Assembly (NCBI GenBank): GCA_900542575.1
Contig: UQOE01000005.1
Coordinates: forward strand, 43,967 to 107,966
DNA from: an uncultured Oscillospiraceae bacterium
GTDB taxonomy: Bacteria > Bacillota > Clostridia > Oscillospirales > Acutalibacteraceae
DNA: 64,000 nt
Direction of reading: 5' to 3'
Shown: one piece after another, positions 18,988 through 29,817 of the stretch
Layout of the letters: every line of letters starts with the position of its first letter
Position numbering within the stretch: position 1 is the stretch's first letter
Position numbers and translations under genes: made by a program
The notes under the pieces: model-generated
What the model saw: the letters and a program-made list of their open reading frames with translations, nothing else
What the model was told of the DNA's origin: nothing
Databases searched by the model: none

Positions 18988-21458
18988 GCACTATGGGGAC
19001 GATTCCAATTGCCGGCATTGCCGTGCAGAATGTCGCCTTTTCCATCGATAAAAATTATGCGTATGCCGTTCCGGAACATCTGCGCAGTGAGCTATATGTT
19101 GGCAGCCGTGTGCTGGTCCCGTTTGGGCGCAGCAGCCGACTGAGACAGGGGGTTGTCATCACCCTGGAAGAAGCGGATGCCGCGGAGCAGGATGGCCGGC
19201 CGTTCAAAGAGGTGGCCGCCGTCCTGGAGCCGGAACCGCTGTTTACGCCGAACATGATTCAATTAGGAGAGTACATGAGGGACCACACCTTTTGTACTCT
19301 TTTTGACGCTTTAAAAACAATGGTTCCGGCCGGCATCAATGTCCGTCCCCAGTCGGTTTATCGGCTGGCCGAGGGCTGGAACCACGGTCAGATCCTCTCA
19401 GAAGAGGAACAGAGGGCGGTGGAATACCTTGGCCGCCGAAAGGGCGCCGTGCAGCGCTCTGTCCTGCTTTCCGCCCTTCATCTGCCGGCGGATTCTCCGC
19501 TCCCGGAACAGATGGAGCAGCGGGGCATTCTCCGCCATGAAATTGATGCGGTCCGCAAAGTCGGCGACGCCTCGGTACGCATGGTTCGTCTCAAAGACAG
19601 CATTGCGAGCCAGGAGGACCTCGATGCCCTTCCGCAGAAGCTCACCCAAAAGCAGCGGCAGACGGCAGAGCAGCTGCTTCGACTCGGCACCTGTTCCGTC
19701 AAGGAACTCTGCTATTATGCCGGCGTCACCGACGCAGTTGTCAGGGCACTTGAGAACAAACAGGTCGCAGAGGAGTATCGAAAAGCTGCCTATCGGCGCC
19801 CCTATGCAGAAGAAGAGACACCCACCGAATCAGCGCCCATCTGCCTCTCAGAAGAACAGGAACGGGCCTATCAGGGTCTGGAGAAACAGCGTACCGACGG
19901 CGGCGGAACCGCGCTGCTCTTCGGCGTCACCGGAAGCGGAAAGACCAATGTCTATCTGAAACTGATAGAGGATACGCTGTCCGATGGCAAAGGCGTCATC
20001 GTCATGGTTCCGGAAATCTCGCTGACCCCCCAGACATTGAAGCTCTTTTACCGGCGGTTCGGCGCAAATGTTGCGGTCTTTCACAGCGGTCTCTCGGCCG
20101 GGGAGCGCCTGGACGAGTGGAAACGGGTCCGCGGCGGCATGGCACAGATTGCAGTCGGTACCCGATCCGCGGTCTTCGCACCGGTCCGGAACCTGGGTCT
20201 TATCATTATGGATGAGGAACAGGAAGAGACTTACCAGTCCGACATGGCACCGCGTTATCATGCCCGGGACATCTCCCGCTACCGCTGTGCAGAGCAGAAG
20301 GCGCTTCTTGTACTTGCGTCTGCGACGCCCTCTTTTGAGAGCTATGCCGCAGCCAAAGCCGGGAAGTATTCTCTGTATACACTGACGCAGCGGTATGGAG
20401 ATGCAGAGCTTCCGGAGGTAGAGCTCGTGGACATGCGCAGAGAACTTGCTGACGGCAACCGATCCCAGATCAGCCGAACCCTGTTTCAGGATCTGCAGCG
20501 TACGCTCCGGGAGGGGAGACAGGCCATTCTGCTGATGAATCGGCGGGGATACAATACCTACGCCGCCTGTGACTCCTGCGGAGCCGTTATGACCTGCCCC
20601 AACTGCAGTATCTCACTGACCTATCATCGGGACAGCAACCGGCTGATGTGCCACTACTGCGGCTATTCCATTCCGTTTACACGATACTGCAGCACCTGTG
20701 GCGCAGATGGCATCCGCTATACCGGCCGCGGCACGCAGCATGTCGAAGAGGAGCTGGGGCAGCTTCTTCCGGGAGCGCGTATTCTTCGAATGGATGCAGA
20801 TTCCACCATGCAGAAGTACGCTTACGATGAGAAATTGGGCGCTTTCCGTAGCGGGGAATATGATATAATGGTAGGCACTCAAATGGTGGCGAAGGGCCTG
20901 GACTTTGAGAATGTCACGCTGGTCGGCGTGCTCTCAGCAGACAGCGAGCTCTTCAATGATGACTACCGGAGTATGGAGCGTACTTTTGACCTCATCACGC
21001 AGGTGGTCGGCCGCTCCGGGCGGGGCGCGGTCCGGGGCAGAGCGGTCATTCAGACCATAGAACCGGAAAATGAGGTCCTTCGGCTGGCTGCCGCCCAGGA
21101 CTATCCGACTTTTTTCCGTCGGGAAATCGTCATCCGCCGCTCCATGATCTATCCGCCTTTCTGCACGCTCTTTTCCGTCCGTTTCAAGGGACCGAACGAG
21201 GAGCGGGTGCAGGAGAGTGCCGGACGGTTTATGGAACAGCTTCATAAAAAAACCTCCGCATATGGGCTGAAGCTTATCGGGCTCGGACCTATGCCGGAGC
21301 GAATCTATAAAGTCAGCGGAAACTATCGGTACCGCCTGCTTATCAAGGCGAAAAACGACCGAAAATTCCGCGCCATGCTGGCAGAACTTCTGAAAGAATT
21401 CGGAGCAGACCGGCGAAATGGAAGGGTTTCTGCTGCGGTGGAGACCGAAGGAATCTAA
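18984..21458 (+). CDS. priA: Primosomal protein N' (replication restart helicase PriA)
   Basis: Walker A GVTGSGKT, DEAH-like DEEQE, and a Cys4 zinc-binding region (CDSCG...CPNC...CHYCG...CSTCG). Start may be TTG 18984 or ATG 18993. Confidence 0.9.
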   Translation: MSTMGTIPIAGIAVQNVAFSIDKNYAYAVPEHLRSELYVGSRVLVPFGRSSRLRQGVVITLEEADAAEQDGRPFKEVAAVLEPEPLFTPNMIQLGEYMRDHTFCTLFDALKTMVPAGINVRPQSVYRLAEGWNHGQILSEEEQRAVEYLGRRKGAVQRSVLLSALHLPADSPLPEQMEQRGILRHEIDAVRKVGDASVRMVRLKDSIASQEDLDALPQKLTQKQRQTAEQLLRLGTCSVKELCYYAGVTDAVVRALENKQVAEEYRKAAYRRPYAEEETPTESAPICLSEEQERAYQGLEKQRTDGGGTALLFGVTGSGKTNVYLKLIEDTLSDGKGVIVMVPEISLTPQTLKLFYRRFGANVAVFHSGLSAGERLDEWKRVRGGMAQIAVGTRSAVFAPVRNLGLIIMDEEQEETYQSDMAPRYHARDISRYRCAEQKALLVLASATPSFESYAAAKAGKYSLYTLTQRYGDAELPEVELVDMRRELADGNRSQISRTLFQDLQRTLREGRQAILLMNRRGYNTYAACDSCGAVMTCPNCSISLTYHRDSNRLMCHYCGYSIPFTRYCSTCGADGIRYTGRGTQHVEEELGQLLPGARILRMDADSTMQKYAYDEKLGAFRSGEYDIMVGTQMVAKGLDFENVTLVGVLSADSELFNDDYRSMERTFDLITQVVGRSGRGAVRGRAVIQTIEPENEVLRLAAAQDYPTFFRREIVIRRSMIYPPFCTLFSVRFKGPNEERVQESAGRFMEQLHKKTSAYGLKLIGLGPMPERIYKVSGNYRYRLLIKAKNDRKFRAMLAELLKEFGADRRNGRVSAAVETEGI

Positions 21459-21483
21459 ACAGAGATTGGAGGACATTCATCGA

Positions 21484-22047
21484 ATGGCAACGAGAAAGAT
21501 TGTGACAAAAGAGGATCCGATTCTCAAGATGAAGAGCCGCCCGGTGAAAAAATTCAACGAACATCTGGGTCAGCTGCTGGACGATATGGCAGAGACCATG
21601 TATGCGGATAACGGCGTCGGACTTGCAGCTGTACAGGTAGCGGTGCTTCGCCGTGCAATTGTTGTCGACGTCGGCGACGGTTTAATCGAACTCATCAATC
21701 CGGAAATCCTGAAACAGTCCGGTCGACAGACGGAAATGGAGGGCTGTCTCTCCCTCCCGGGCGAGTACTATGAGACCATCCGCCCTGCCAAAATGACAGT
21801 AAAGGCACAGGACCGCTATGGCGACTGGCATACCTATCAGGTTGAAGGGTTTAAAGCGCAGTGCTTTTCCCATGAAATTGACCATTTGGACGGCATCCTG
21901 TTTACACAGCGCCTGAATCCGAACCCGAAATCTCAGGAGGAATGGGAGGAAATCTATCGGATGCGCCGTGCCGAGAAAGCTGCTAAAGAGCAGGATCTCT
22001 CCGATATCAAGGTCGTACGCCGCAATACGGAGGATGCCAATGTCTGA
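21484..22047 (+). CDS. def: Peptide deformylase (with C-terminal extension)
   Basis: Motifs GVGLAAVQV, EGCLS and HEIDHLDG. ATG 21484 follows a GGAGG RBS. Confidence 0.9.
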   Translation: MATRKIVTKEDPILKMKSRPVKKFNEHLGQLLDDMAETMYADNGVGLAAVQVAVLRRAIVVDVGDGLIELINPEILKQSGRQTEMEGCLSLPGEYYETIRPAKMTVKAQDRYGDWHTYQVEGFKAQCFSHEIDHLDGILFTQRLNPNPKSQEEWEEIYRMRRAEKAAKEQDLSDIKVVRRNTEDANV

Positions 22048-22996
22048 TCTCCGTGTGGTCTTTATGGGGACCCCCGATTTCGCATCGGCAATCCTTGAGC
22101 GCCTGTTTCAGGAGAATGTTTCAGTCGTTGGGGTCTTTACAATGGAGGACAAACCCCGCGGACGCCATATGAAGCTCACTCCGCCGCCGGTCAAAGTCTG
22201 TGCACAGGAGCACGGAGTTCCTGTCTTCCAGCCGAAGTCCCTTCGGCATGGAGAAGGCATGCCTGTCCTGCAGGAGTGGAAGCCCGACGTCATTGTCGTT
22301 GCCGCCTATGGCATGATCCTTCCGCCGGAAGTTCTGCATTTCCCGCGCTTCGGATGTATCAACGTCCACGCCTCGCTGCTTCCTAAGTATCGCGGCGCGG
22401 CCCCCATCAACAAGGTTATTCTGGACGGGGAGACGGAGACCGGCGTCACCACCATGCAGATGGATGAGGGGCTGGACACCGGAGACATTCTTCTCTCCCG
22501 CAGTACTCCAATCGGCCCGAATGAGACCGCGGGGGAACTGTTTGAACGTCTCGCCGTCCTCGGCGGCGATGTCCTGGCAGATACTCTTCGACAGATGCTG
22601 GCGGGAACGCTGCATCCGATTCCGCAAAATGACGCGGAGATGACCTATGCGCCTATGCTGTCCAAAAAAGACTCCGCTATCGACTGGAACCGCACTGCGC
22701 AGGAAATCCACAATCAGGTGCGCGGACTGAATCCCTGGCCGACCGCCTCAGCGGTCTATCAGGGCAAACCCTTTAAAATCCATTCCACCGGACTCGGCGC
22801 AGGACGCGCACCGCAGGGAAGCCTGCCTGGAACGCTTCTGGCCGGGAAGGACCGCATGTTTGCCGTCTGCGGAGACGGGGAACTGCTGGAGCTGCTGACC
22901 GTTCAGCCTCTGGGTTCCCGTCGCATGTCCGCGTCGGACTACCTGCGGGGTCACCCGGTGGAAAAAGGCGCTTCGTTTGATGCGCAGAAAGCATAA
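22040..22996 (+). CDS. fmt: Methionyl-tRNA formyltransferase
   Basis: Motifs RVVFMGTPDFA, NVHASLLPKYRGAAPI and the C-terminal domain. Overlaps the def stop. Confidence 0.9.
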   Translation: MSDLRVVFMGTPDFASAILERLFQENVSVVGVFTMEDKPRGRHMKLTPPPVKVCAQEHGVPVFQPKSLRHGEGMPVLQEWKPDVIVVAAYGMILPPEVLHFPRFGCINVHASLLPKYRGAAPINKVILDGETETGVTTMQMDEGLDTGDILLSRSTPIGPNETAGELFERLAVLGGDVLADTLRQMLAGTLHPIPQNDAEMTYAPMLSKKDSAIDWNRTAQEIHNQVRGLNPWPTASAVYQGKPFKIHSTGLGAGRAPQGSLPGTLLAGKDRMFAVCGDGELLELLTVQPLGSRRMSASDYLRGHPVEKGASFDAQKA

Positions 22997-23001
22997 CATC
23001 T

Positions 23002-23736
23002 ATGGGACAAAACTTTGTCAATGCGCTGACCTCCACGCTGAACGCCTATACCTGGGCGTATTTTCTGGTGGTCATTGCGTTTCTGGCTTCACTTCTCGCA
23101 CAAATTCATGTGAAGTTTGTCTATTCCCGGTATGACCGGGTTCCCAGCCGCCGGGGACTTACGGCGGAACAGGCTGCACAGGCCGTTCTGAACTACTATG
23201 GCATTCGCAATGTGCAGATCCGCCCCATCTCCGGGAGGCTGACAGATAACTACGATCCGCGCAGCAATATCATTAGCCTTTCGCAGAGTACCTACGGACA
23301 CACATCCATTGCCGCCATTGGCGTGGCGTGCCATGAGGCGGGCCATGCGGCCCAGCATGCACAGGGCTATGTGCCCATCAAGCTCCGCAATGCGCTGATC
23401 CCGGTCTGCAATCTGGGGTCCCATCTCGGTATTCCGCTGGCACTGGTCGGCATGTTCATCCCCAACCATATCGGGACGGAGCTTATCCTCATTGGCCTTG
23501 CCTTCTATGGCTTTATTGCAGTCTTTCAGTTTGCCACGCTGCCTGTCGAATTCAACGCGAGCCGGCGCGCTCTGAAAGTTATCCAGAAAACCGGGCTGCT
23601 GGGAGACCGGGAACGCCGCGGCGCGCGGCAGGTTCTTGTAGCTGCAGCTATGACCTATGTGGTAGCGGTTGCCGCCGCCCTGGCCGATCTTCTACGGCTT
23701 ATCGTCCTGTTCCTGGGCGCCCGCAGAGAAGATTAA
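23002..23736 (+). CDS. Putative neutral zinc metallopeptidase (Zn_peptidase_2-like membrane protein)
   Basis: HEAGHA motif plus TM segments. Conserved position between fmt and rsmB in Firmicutes. Confidence 0.7.
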   Translation: MGQNFVNALTSTLNAYTWAYFLVVIAFLASLLAQIHVKFVYSRYDRVPSRRGLTAEQAAQAVLNYYGIRNVQIRPISGRLTDNYDPRSNIISLSQSTYGHTSIAAIGVACHEAGHAAQHAQGYVPIKLRNALIPVCNLGSHLGIPLALVGMFIPNHIGTELILIGLAFYGFIAVFQFATLPVEFNASRRALKVIQKTGLLGDRERRGARQVLVAAAMTYVVAVAAALADLLRLIVLFLGARRED

Positions 23737-23747
23737 ACAGATTTTTT

Positions 23748-25090
23748 TGACGGCTCTCGTCTTCGGGAGCCGTTTTGTTCCATTTCGGGAGGAATGTCCT
23801 ATCAAAGACGGAAGACAGCTCGCCTTTGAGGTGCTGGTAAAAATGCTCCGTGACGGCTCCTATTCCAATCTGGCTTTAAATGCCGCACTGCGGAAAAACC
23901 AGATGAATCCGGCGGACCGGGCGCTCTGCACGGAGCTGGTCTACGGCACCACAGAGCGCCGCCTGACTCTGGATGATCAGCTGAGCCGCTGTCTGCGGCA
24001 GCCCCTGCGGAAACTTAAGCCGAATGTCCATGCGGCACTTCTGCTGGGGTCCTATCAGATCCTTTTTCTGGACCGTATTCCGGATCACGCGGCGGTCAAT
24101 GAGAGCGTGCGGCTGGTCCGCAAAAACGGAGCCGCCTATGCGGCCGGTCTGGTCAACGCCATACTCCGAAAAATTGCGGCGGAAGGACTTGTACTGCCCG
24201 ATTCGTCGCATCCGCTTCACCGCCTCTCTGTGCAGTACTCCTGTCCGGAGGAGCTGGTTCAGCTCTTTGTCCGGACTTACGGCGAGGAGGCCGCGGTTGG
24301 CATCCTGGAACACGGCCTGGGGGCAGAGTCTCTGACGATCCGGGTCAATACCTGCCGAACCGATTCGGCATCGCTCCGCAGAATTCTGGCAGAGGAGGGG
24401 GTGGCTTCCGAACCGCATCCTCTCGTAGAGGACGCCCTGGTCCTGAAAAAAGCGGGTTCTGTCGAGCGGCTGCAGTCGTTCCAGGATGGACTGTTCCATG
24501 TTCAGGATGCCTCGTCCCAGCTATGCTGTGCGCGGATGGATCCCCAGCCCGGTGAAACGGTATTCGATGTCTGTGCCGCACCGGGCGGGAAGAGCTTTAC
24601 ACTGGCCGAGCGTATGCAGGACAGGGGAACCGTCTGTGCCTTTGACCTGTATGAACAGCGCACCGGACTTATTCGGGACGGGGCTGCACGCCTGGGCCTC
24701 CAAAGCATTTCGGCACGCTGTGCCGATGCGGAGGTCTTTGACGCGGACCGGGGACTGGCAGACCGCGTGCTCTGCGATGTTCCCTGCAGCGGGCTCGGCA
24801 TCCTGGGACGCAAGCCGGAGATCCGCTACAAGGCGCTCCGCGAGATTGACAACCTACCCCCTTTGCAATATCATATTTTGTGTATATCTTCCCAGTACTG
24901 CAGGGTCGGCGGACGGCTGGTCTACTCCACCTGCTCACTGCATCCCGCCGAAAACGGCGGCGTAGTGGAGCACTTTTTACAGGATCATTCCGACTATTCC
25001 CTGGTCTCCCAGGAGACCCTGCTGCCGGGCAGCCACCACTGTGACGGCTTTTTTATCGCTGTATTGGAACGATTGGGGGAATCCGCTTGA
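23748..25090 (+). CDS. rsmB: 16S rRNA (cytosine967-C5)-methyltransferase RsmB (NusB-like N domain + SAM MTase)
   Basis: YSNLALN and TELVYGT NusB-like motifs, SAM-binding DVCAAPGGK, catalytic DVPCSG/TCS. The start is uncertain: the first in-frame ATG (23843) lies inside the conserved N-domain, and an in-frame TTG at 23748 is used here. Confidence 0.75.
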
Positions 25091-26130
25091 ACAACCGCGA
25101 AGATATTCGCTCCATGACCCGGCCGGAGCTCGACGCCGCCTGCGCCGACCTCGGTCTCCCCCGCTTCCGTTCGGGACAGATCTGGTCCTGGCTTCACCAG
25201 AAAAACGCCTTTTCCTTTTCCGAGATGACCAATCTCTCCAAAGACCTGCGGCGTCAGCTGGCAGACCGTTTTGTCCTGGACAATGTGGAAATTGCCGCCA
25301 AGTTTGTCTCGAAGCTGGACGGAACCATCAAATATGTCTACCGCCTGAAAGACGGGGAGACCATTGAATCGGTTCTCATGAAATACAAATATGGATATTC
25401 CGTTTGTATTTCCACTCAGGTGGGCTGCAATATGAAGTGCCGCTTTTGCGCCTCAACGATAGACGGCTGCGTCCGCTCGCTGACCGCATCGGAGATGCTG
25501 GCGCAGGTCTACATGGCAGAGCGGGACACCGGGGAACGGGTCTCTCATGTTGTACTTATGGGTATGGGAGAACCACTCATGAACTACGACAATGTCCTTC
25601 GCTTTCTGCAGCTGATTACCGATGACACCGGCAAAAATATCAGTGCGCGGCACATTTCTGTCTCTACCTGCGGCATTGTTCCACGCATCTATGACCTCAT
25701 GAAACTACACCCTCAGTTTACGCTCTCGGTCTCCCTGCATGCACCAAACGACACGGTTCGTTCCCAGATTATGCCGGTCAACCGGAAGTGGAACGTGGAG
25801 GAGCTGCTGGAAGCATGCCGTGCCTACACGGAGACCACCTCCCGGCGCATCTCCTTTGAATACGCCATGATGAGCGGCGTCAACGATTCCGACGCCTGTG
25901 CACGGGAGCTTGCAGATCGACTGGAAGGTATGCTCTGTCACGTCAATTTAATCCCGGCCAACGAGGTTCGGGAAAATGACTATACGCGCAGTACCGATGC
26001 ACGGCTGCGCGCCTTCTCGAAAATTCTGGAAAATCGGGGAATTCCGACCACCGTACGGCGCACGCTGGGCCCCGACATCAACGCATCCTGCGGACAGCTT
26101 CGCAGGAAGCTGGAAAAGGAGCATACATGA
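25087..26130 (+). CDS. rlmN: 23S rRNA/tRNA m2A2503 methyltransferase RlmN (radical SAM)
   Basis: CNMKCRFC radical-SAM motif and GMGEPL. TTG start overlapping the rsmB stop. Confidence 0.9.
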   Translation: MNNREDIRSMTRPELDAACADLGLPRFRSGQIWSWLHQKNAFSFSEMTNLSKDLRRQLADRFVLDNVEIAAKFVSKLDGTIKYVYRLKDGETIESVLMKYKYGYSVCISTQVGCNMKCRFCASTIDGCVRSLTASEMLAQVYMAERDTGERVSHVVLMGMGEPLMNYDNVLRFLQLITDDTGKNISARHISVSTCGIVPRIYDLMKLHPQFTLSVSLHAPNDTVRSQIMPVNRKWNVEELLEACRAYTETTSRRISFEYAMMSGVNDSDACARELADRLEGMLCHVNLIPANEVRENDYTRSTDARLRAFSKILENRGIPTTVRRTLGPDINASCGQLRRKLEKEHT

Positions 26131-26855
26131 AAATCATTGCCAAAACAGATACCGGAAAAGTCCGCTCCTACAATCAGGATTCCTATGCTGCCGGTGAATT
26201 CCGGGACGGCGTTGCCTGGGCTGTTGTCTGTGACGGCATGGGAGGAAATGCGGGCGGCAATATCGCCAGTCAGATGGCGGTCCAGTATCTCACGGAACAC
26301 ATCACTTCCGGGTACCGGGACAATATGAGCCCGTCTTCCATACGGAGTCTCCTGACCACCAGCATTTCCAATGCCAATCTCGCAATTTTTGATACGGCTT
26401 CCGAAAATCCGGAGCTGAAGGGGATGGGGACCACTGTGGTCGTCGCCCTGGTTGGACGCGACACGGTATATCTCGCTCATGCGGGAGACAGCCGTGCATA
26501 CCTGATTTCACCGGAGGAAATCCGGCAGGTGACAACGGACCACTCAGTGGTTCAGAAAATGATTGACTCCGGTGAAATCACCGAAGAGCAGGCACTGAAG
26601 CACCCAAACCGCAATCTGATTACCAGAGCGCTTGGGGTAGAGGAGGACCTGCGTATCGATTATTCCGAGGAAGATTTCCACAAAGAGGACGTCCTCTTTA
26701 TCTGCACGGACGGTCTCACCAACTTCGTGACCGACCAGGAGATCTTTGAAATTGTGAACGAGTCCCGGGACAATGATTACGCCCTTGCCCTTGTGGACCT
26801 GGCCAATGCCCATGGCGGCGGAGACAACATCACCGTCGTCGCCATCTCAGAATAA
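26127..26855 (+). CDS. stp: PP2C-family Ser/Thr phosphatase (Stp/PrpC)
   Basis: Motifs RSYNQDS, VCDGMGG and TDGLTN. Paired with the PASTA kinase downstream. Confidence 0.9.
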   Translation: MKIIAKTDTGKVRSYNQDSYAAGEFRDGVAWAVVCDGMGGNAGGNIASQMAVQYLTEHITSGYRDNMSPSSIRSLLTTSISNANLAIFDTASENPELKGMGTTVVVALVGRDTVYLAHAGDSRAYLISPEEIRQVTTDHSVVQKMIDSGEITEEQALKHPNRNLITRALGVEEDLRIDYSEEDFHKEDVLFICTDGLTNFVTDQEIFEIVNESRDNDYALALVDLANAHGGGDNITVVAISE

Positions 26856-26882
26856 CCGCAGCAGTCAGGGGAAGGATAAGGA

Positions 26883-28895
26883 ATGGATAGTTATGTAGGA
26901 CAGGTCCTCGACGGACGCTACGAGATACAGGAAATCATCGGCGTCGGCGGAATGGCAATCGTCTACAAGGCTTATGACAATATCGACGACCGCATCGTCG
27001 CCGTTAAAATATTAAAGGATGAGTTTCTGGCCAATGAGGAATTTCGGCGCAGGTTTAAAAACGAGTCGAAAGCCATTGCGGTGCTGTCTCATCCCAATAT
27101 CGTAAAAGTCTATGATGTCAGTTTCGGCGAGAAGCTCCAATACATTGTTATGGAGTACGTCGAAGGCATTACGTTAAAAGAGTATATCGAGCAGCAGAAG
27201 GTAGTGGAATGGCGGGAGGCTGTTCATTTCACGACGCAGATTCTCCGTGCACTGCAGCATGCCCATGACAAGGGCATCGTGCACCGGGACATCAAGCCGC
27301 AGAACATTATGCTGCTGGAGGACGGCACCATCAAGGTGGCCGACTTCGGCATTGCGCGATTCAGCCGCGGCGACACTCGCACTATGACAGAGTCTGCCAT
27401 CGGCTCCGTGCACTATATTAGTCCGGAGCAGGCCCGCGGAGAAATGACGGACGATAAGGCCGATATCTACTCAGTCGGCGTCGTCCTGTACGAGATGATC
27501 ACCGGGCAGCTCCCATTTGAGGGGGACAGCGCCGTCGCAGTCGCACTTAAACAGCTCCAGGATAAGGCCAAGCCCCCGCGGGAGATCAATCCCGACATTC
27601 CGGTTGGGCTCGAACAGATTACGCTGCATGCCATGGAAAAAAGTACGCGCAGCCGTTACCAGTCCGCCGCCGAAATGCTGCTGGACCTGGATGAGCTCAA
27701 ACGAAATCCGTTGGTCAAATTCGACTACGGATACTATGTCGACGAGGAGCCGACAAAGTTTATCAGCAAAAATGCCGTAACCGGGAAAATCGGCTCAGGC
27801 CTGCCCGGCGCGGTGCCGGACTCTGCAGACGGCGAAGCGGCTCTTCCGGAGAAAAAGAAGATCAGCAAAACGGTCTGGCTCGGAATCGGAATCGGCGCAG
27901 GAGTTGCAGTTCTTCTGGTTCTGCTGTTTCTCGGCATTTTTACCGGCCTGTTCTCCGGTGAGCGGGTGACGGTGCCCGATTTCACCGAAAAAAACTATTA
28001 CCGGGAAGTCGAGGGAAACGAAAAATACTCTGACTTCGAATTTGAGGTCAACTTTGTCTCTTCCGCCTCGGAAGAGGCCGGTACCATTCTGAAACAGGAT
28101 AAAGACCCCGGCAGCAAGGTGCGAAAAGGGTCTACGATTAAGCTGGAAGTTGTGACACGGGGAACGGCGGCCACGGTCCCCAATATCAACGGGAAGAACC
28201 TGGTCAAAGCCGAGGAGGAACTGAAGGCGGCCGGGTTCCTTCATTTTAATGTGGTGTCCCAGAAGAATACAAAATACAAGCCTAACACGGTTATTCGAAG
28301 CGACCCTGCACAGGGGACGAAAGCGGACACCTCTGACACCGTTATCATCTACGTGGCCGTCGATTCGGACGACTCCGAGGTCACGGTTCCCGATTTCACA
28401 GGATTAAATTACAATTCCGAACACGACAAAGTCATTGACTACTTTACCAGCGTCGGACTTCAGGTGGGTTCGGTCACCGAGGTGGATTCCAAGCAGCCGA
28501 AGGGCACCATTCTGAGTCAGAGCATTCAGAAGGGCAGCAAAGTGCCGGAAAACACGTCCATAGACATTACAATCAGCAGCGGCAATGCCAAGAGTGCCGG
28601 GTCTCTCAATGTGACAGTCACACTGCCCAATACCGGCCGAACCGGCATACTGGTGGTTTACGTCAACAACGACGTCTATTCCAAAAAGAATGTCAGCTGC
28701 AATGGTTCGTCCTATACGACCAAAGTTACGGGAAGCGGCCACGCGCCGGTCTCAGTCTATCTGGACGGAAGCAAACTCTATGAGGCGACGGTGGACTTCT
28801 CCAAGACGCCGGCTGCCGCTTCCGGAGAACATCATTACCGAATTGTATCTTCCGCCAATATCGGAGATCTTTTCCCTGCAGAAAGACTGTGGTGA
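26883..28895 (+). CDS. prkC: Ser/Thr protein kinase with PASTA repeats (PrkC/PknB type)
   Basis: Hanks kinase motifs ([24 protein letters not shown]), a TM segment, and three PASTA-like extracellular repeats. Confidence 0.9.
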   Translation: MDSYVGQVLDGRYEIQEIIGVGGMAIVYKAYDNIDDRIVAVKILKDEFLANEEFRRRFKNESKAIAVLSHPNIVKVYDVSFGEKLQYIVMEYVEGITLKEYIEQQKVVEWREAVHFTTQILRALQHAHDKGIVHRDIKPQNIMLLEDGTIKVADFGIARFSRGDTRTMTESAIGSVHYISPEQARGEMTDDKADIYSVGVVLYEMITGQLPFEGDSAVAVALKQLQDKAKPPREINPDIPVGLEQITLHAMEKSTRSRYQSAAEMLLDLDELKRNPLVKFDYGYYVDEEPTKFISKNAVTGKIGSGLPGAVPDSADGEAALPEKKKISKTVWLGIGIGAGVAVLLVLLFLGIFTGLFSGERVTVPDFTEKNYYREVEGNEKYSDFEFEVNFVSSASEEAGTILKQDKDPGSKVRKGSTIKLEVVTRGTAATVPNINGKNLVKAEEELKAAGFLHFNVVSQKNTKYKPNTVIRSDPAQGTKADTSDTVIIYVAVDSDDSEVTVPDFTGLNYNSEHDKVIDYFTSVGLQVGSVTEVDSKQPKGTILSQSIQKGSKVPENTSIDITISSGNAKSAGSLNVTVTLPNTGRTGILVVYVNNDVYSKKNVSCNGSSYTTKVTGSGHAPVSVYLDGSKLYEATVDFSKTPAAASGEHHYRIVSSANIGDLFPAERLW

Positions 28896-28899
28896 TTCA

Positions 28900-29814
28900 T
28901 TGGATACCTGCAGACATGAGAAAGGAATAATCGTAAAAGGCATCGGCGGCTTCTACTATGTGGCGGCAGCCGGAGAAATCTGGGAGTGCCGTGCCCGCGG
29001 CGCCTTTCGGAATCAGAAAATGACGCCTCTGGTAGGGGACCGTGTGGAGATCTCCATCTACGAAGGGGAGCACGAGAATGCCATCGACCGAATTGAGCCG
29101 CGCCGCAATGCTCTGCGCCGTCCGCCGGTCGCCAATATTGATCAGCTCTTTATCGTCGTATCCAGCTGTGAGCCGCGCCCCAATACGCTGCTCATCGACC
29201 GGCTGACTGTCCTGGCCGTACGGAGCAGAATTCAGCCGGTTATCGTTCTCACCAAGAGCGACCTGGGCGATGTCTCCGAATTACAGGAAATCTACCGCAC
29301 AACGGGCTTTCCGACCCTGGTGGCGAGCGGCGTTACAGACGAGGGGCTGGAGGCCGTCCGCACCCTTCTGCCGGGAAAAATCAGCGCTTTTACGGGCAAC
29401 TCGGGGGTCGGAAAATCGACCCTGCTGAACCGCCTGAACCCGGAGTGGAATCTGGAGACGGCTCCCATCAGCAAAAAACTCGGCCGCGGCAAGCACACGA
29501 CCCGCGCCAGCACGCTCCTGGAACTCGGCGGAGGCTACGTGGTAGATACACCCGGGTTCGCTTCCCTGGAACTCCAGCGGGATGAAGTGATTCTGAAAGA
29601 GGACCTCGCGGACTGCTTTCCAGAATTTCGGCCGTATCTGGACCAATGTAAATTTTATCCGAGCTGTTCCCACGTTCGCGACAAAGGATGTGCCGTTCTG
29701 CAGGCGGTTTCCGACGGTGCAATCAGTGAATCGCGCCATGAAAGCTATGTCGCTATGTATAACGAAGTAAAAGATGTAGAGGCCTGGCAGCTTCGCCAGA
29801 AGCCTGGGAGGTAA
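28900..29814 (+). CDS. rsgA: Ribosome small-subunit-dependent GTPase A
   Basis: OB-fold N-terminus (GIIVKGIGGFYYV), G motifs (VLTKSDL, GNSGVGKST) and a C-terminal Cys cluster. The only in-frame start after the prkC stop is TTG 28900. Confidence 0.85.
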   Translation: MDTCRHEKGIIVKGIGGFYYVAAAGEIWECRARGAFRNQKMTPLVGDRVEISIYEGEHENAIDRIEPRRNALRRPPVANIDQLFIVVSSCEPRPNTLLIDRLTVLAVRSRIQPVIVLTKSDLGDVSELQEIYRTTGFPTLVASGVTDEGLEAVRTLLPGKISAFTGNSGVGKSTLLNRLNPEWNLETAPISKKLGRGKHTTRASTLLELGGGYVVDTPGFASLELQRDEVILKEDLADCFPEFRPYLDQCKFYPSCSHVRDKGCAVLQAVSDGAISESRHESYVAMYNEVKDVEAWQLRQKPGR

Positions 29815-29817
29815 GCT

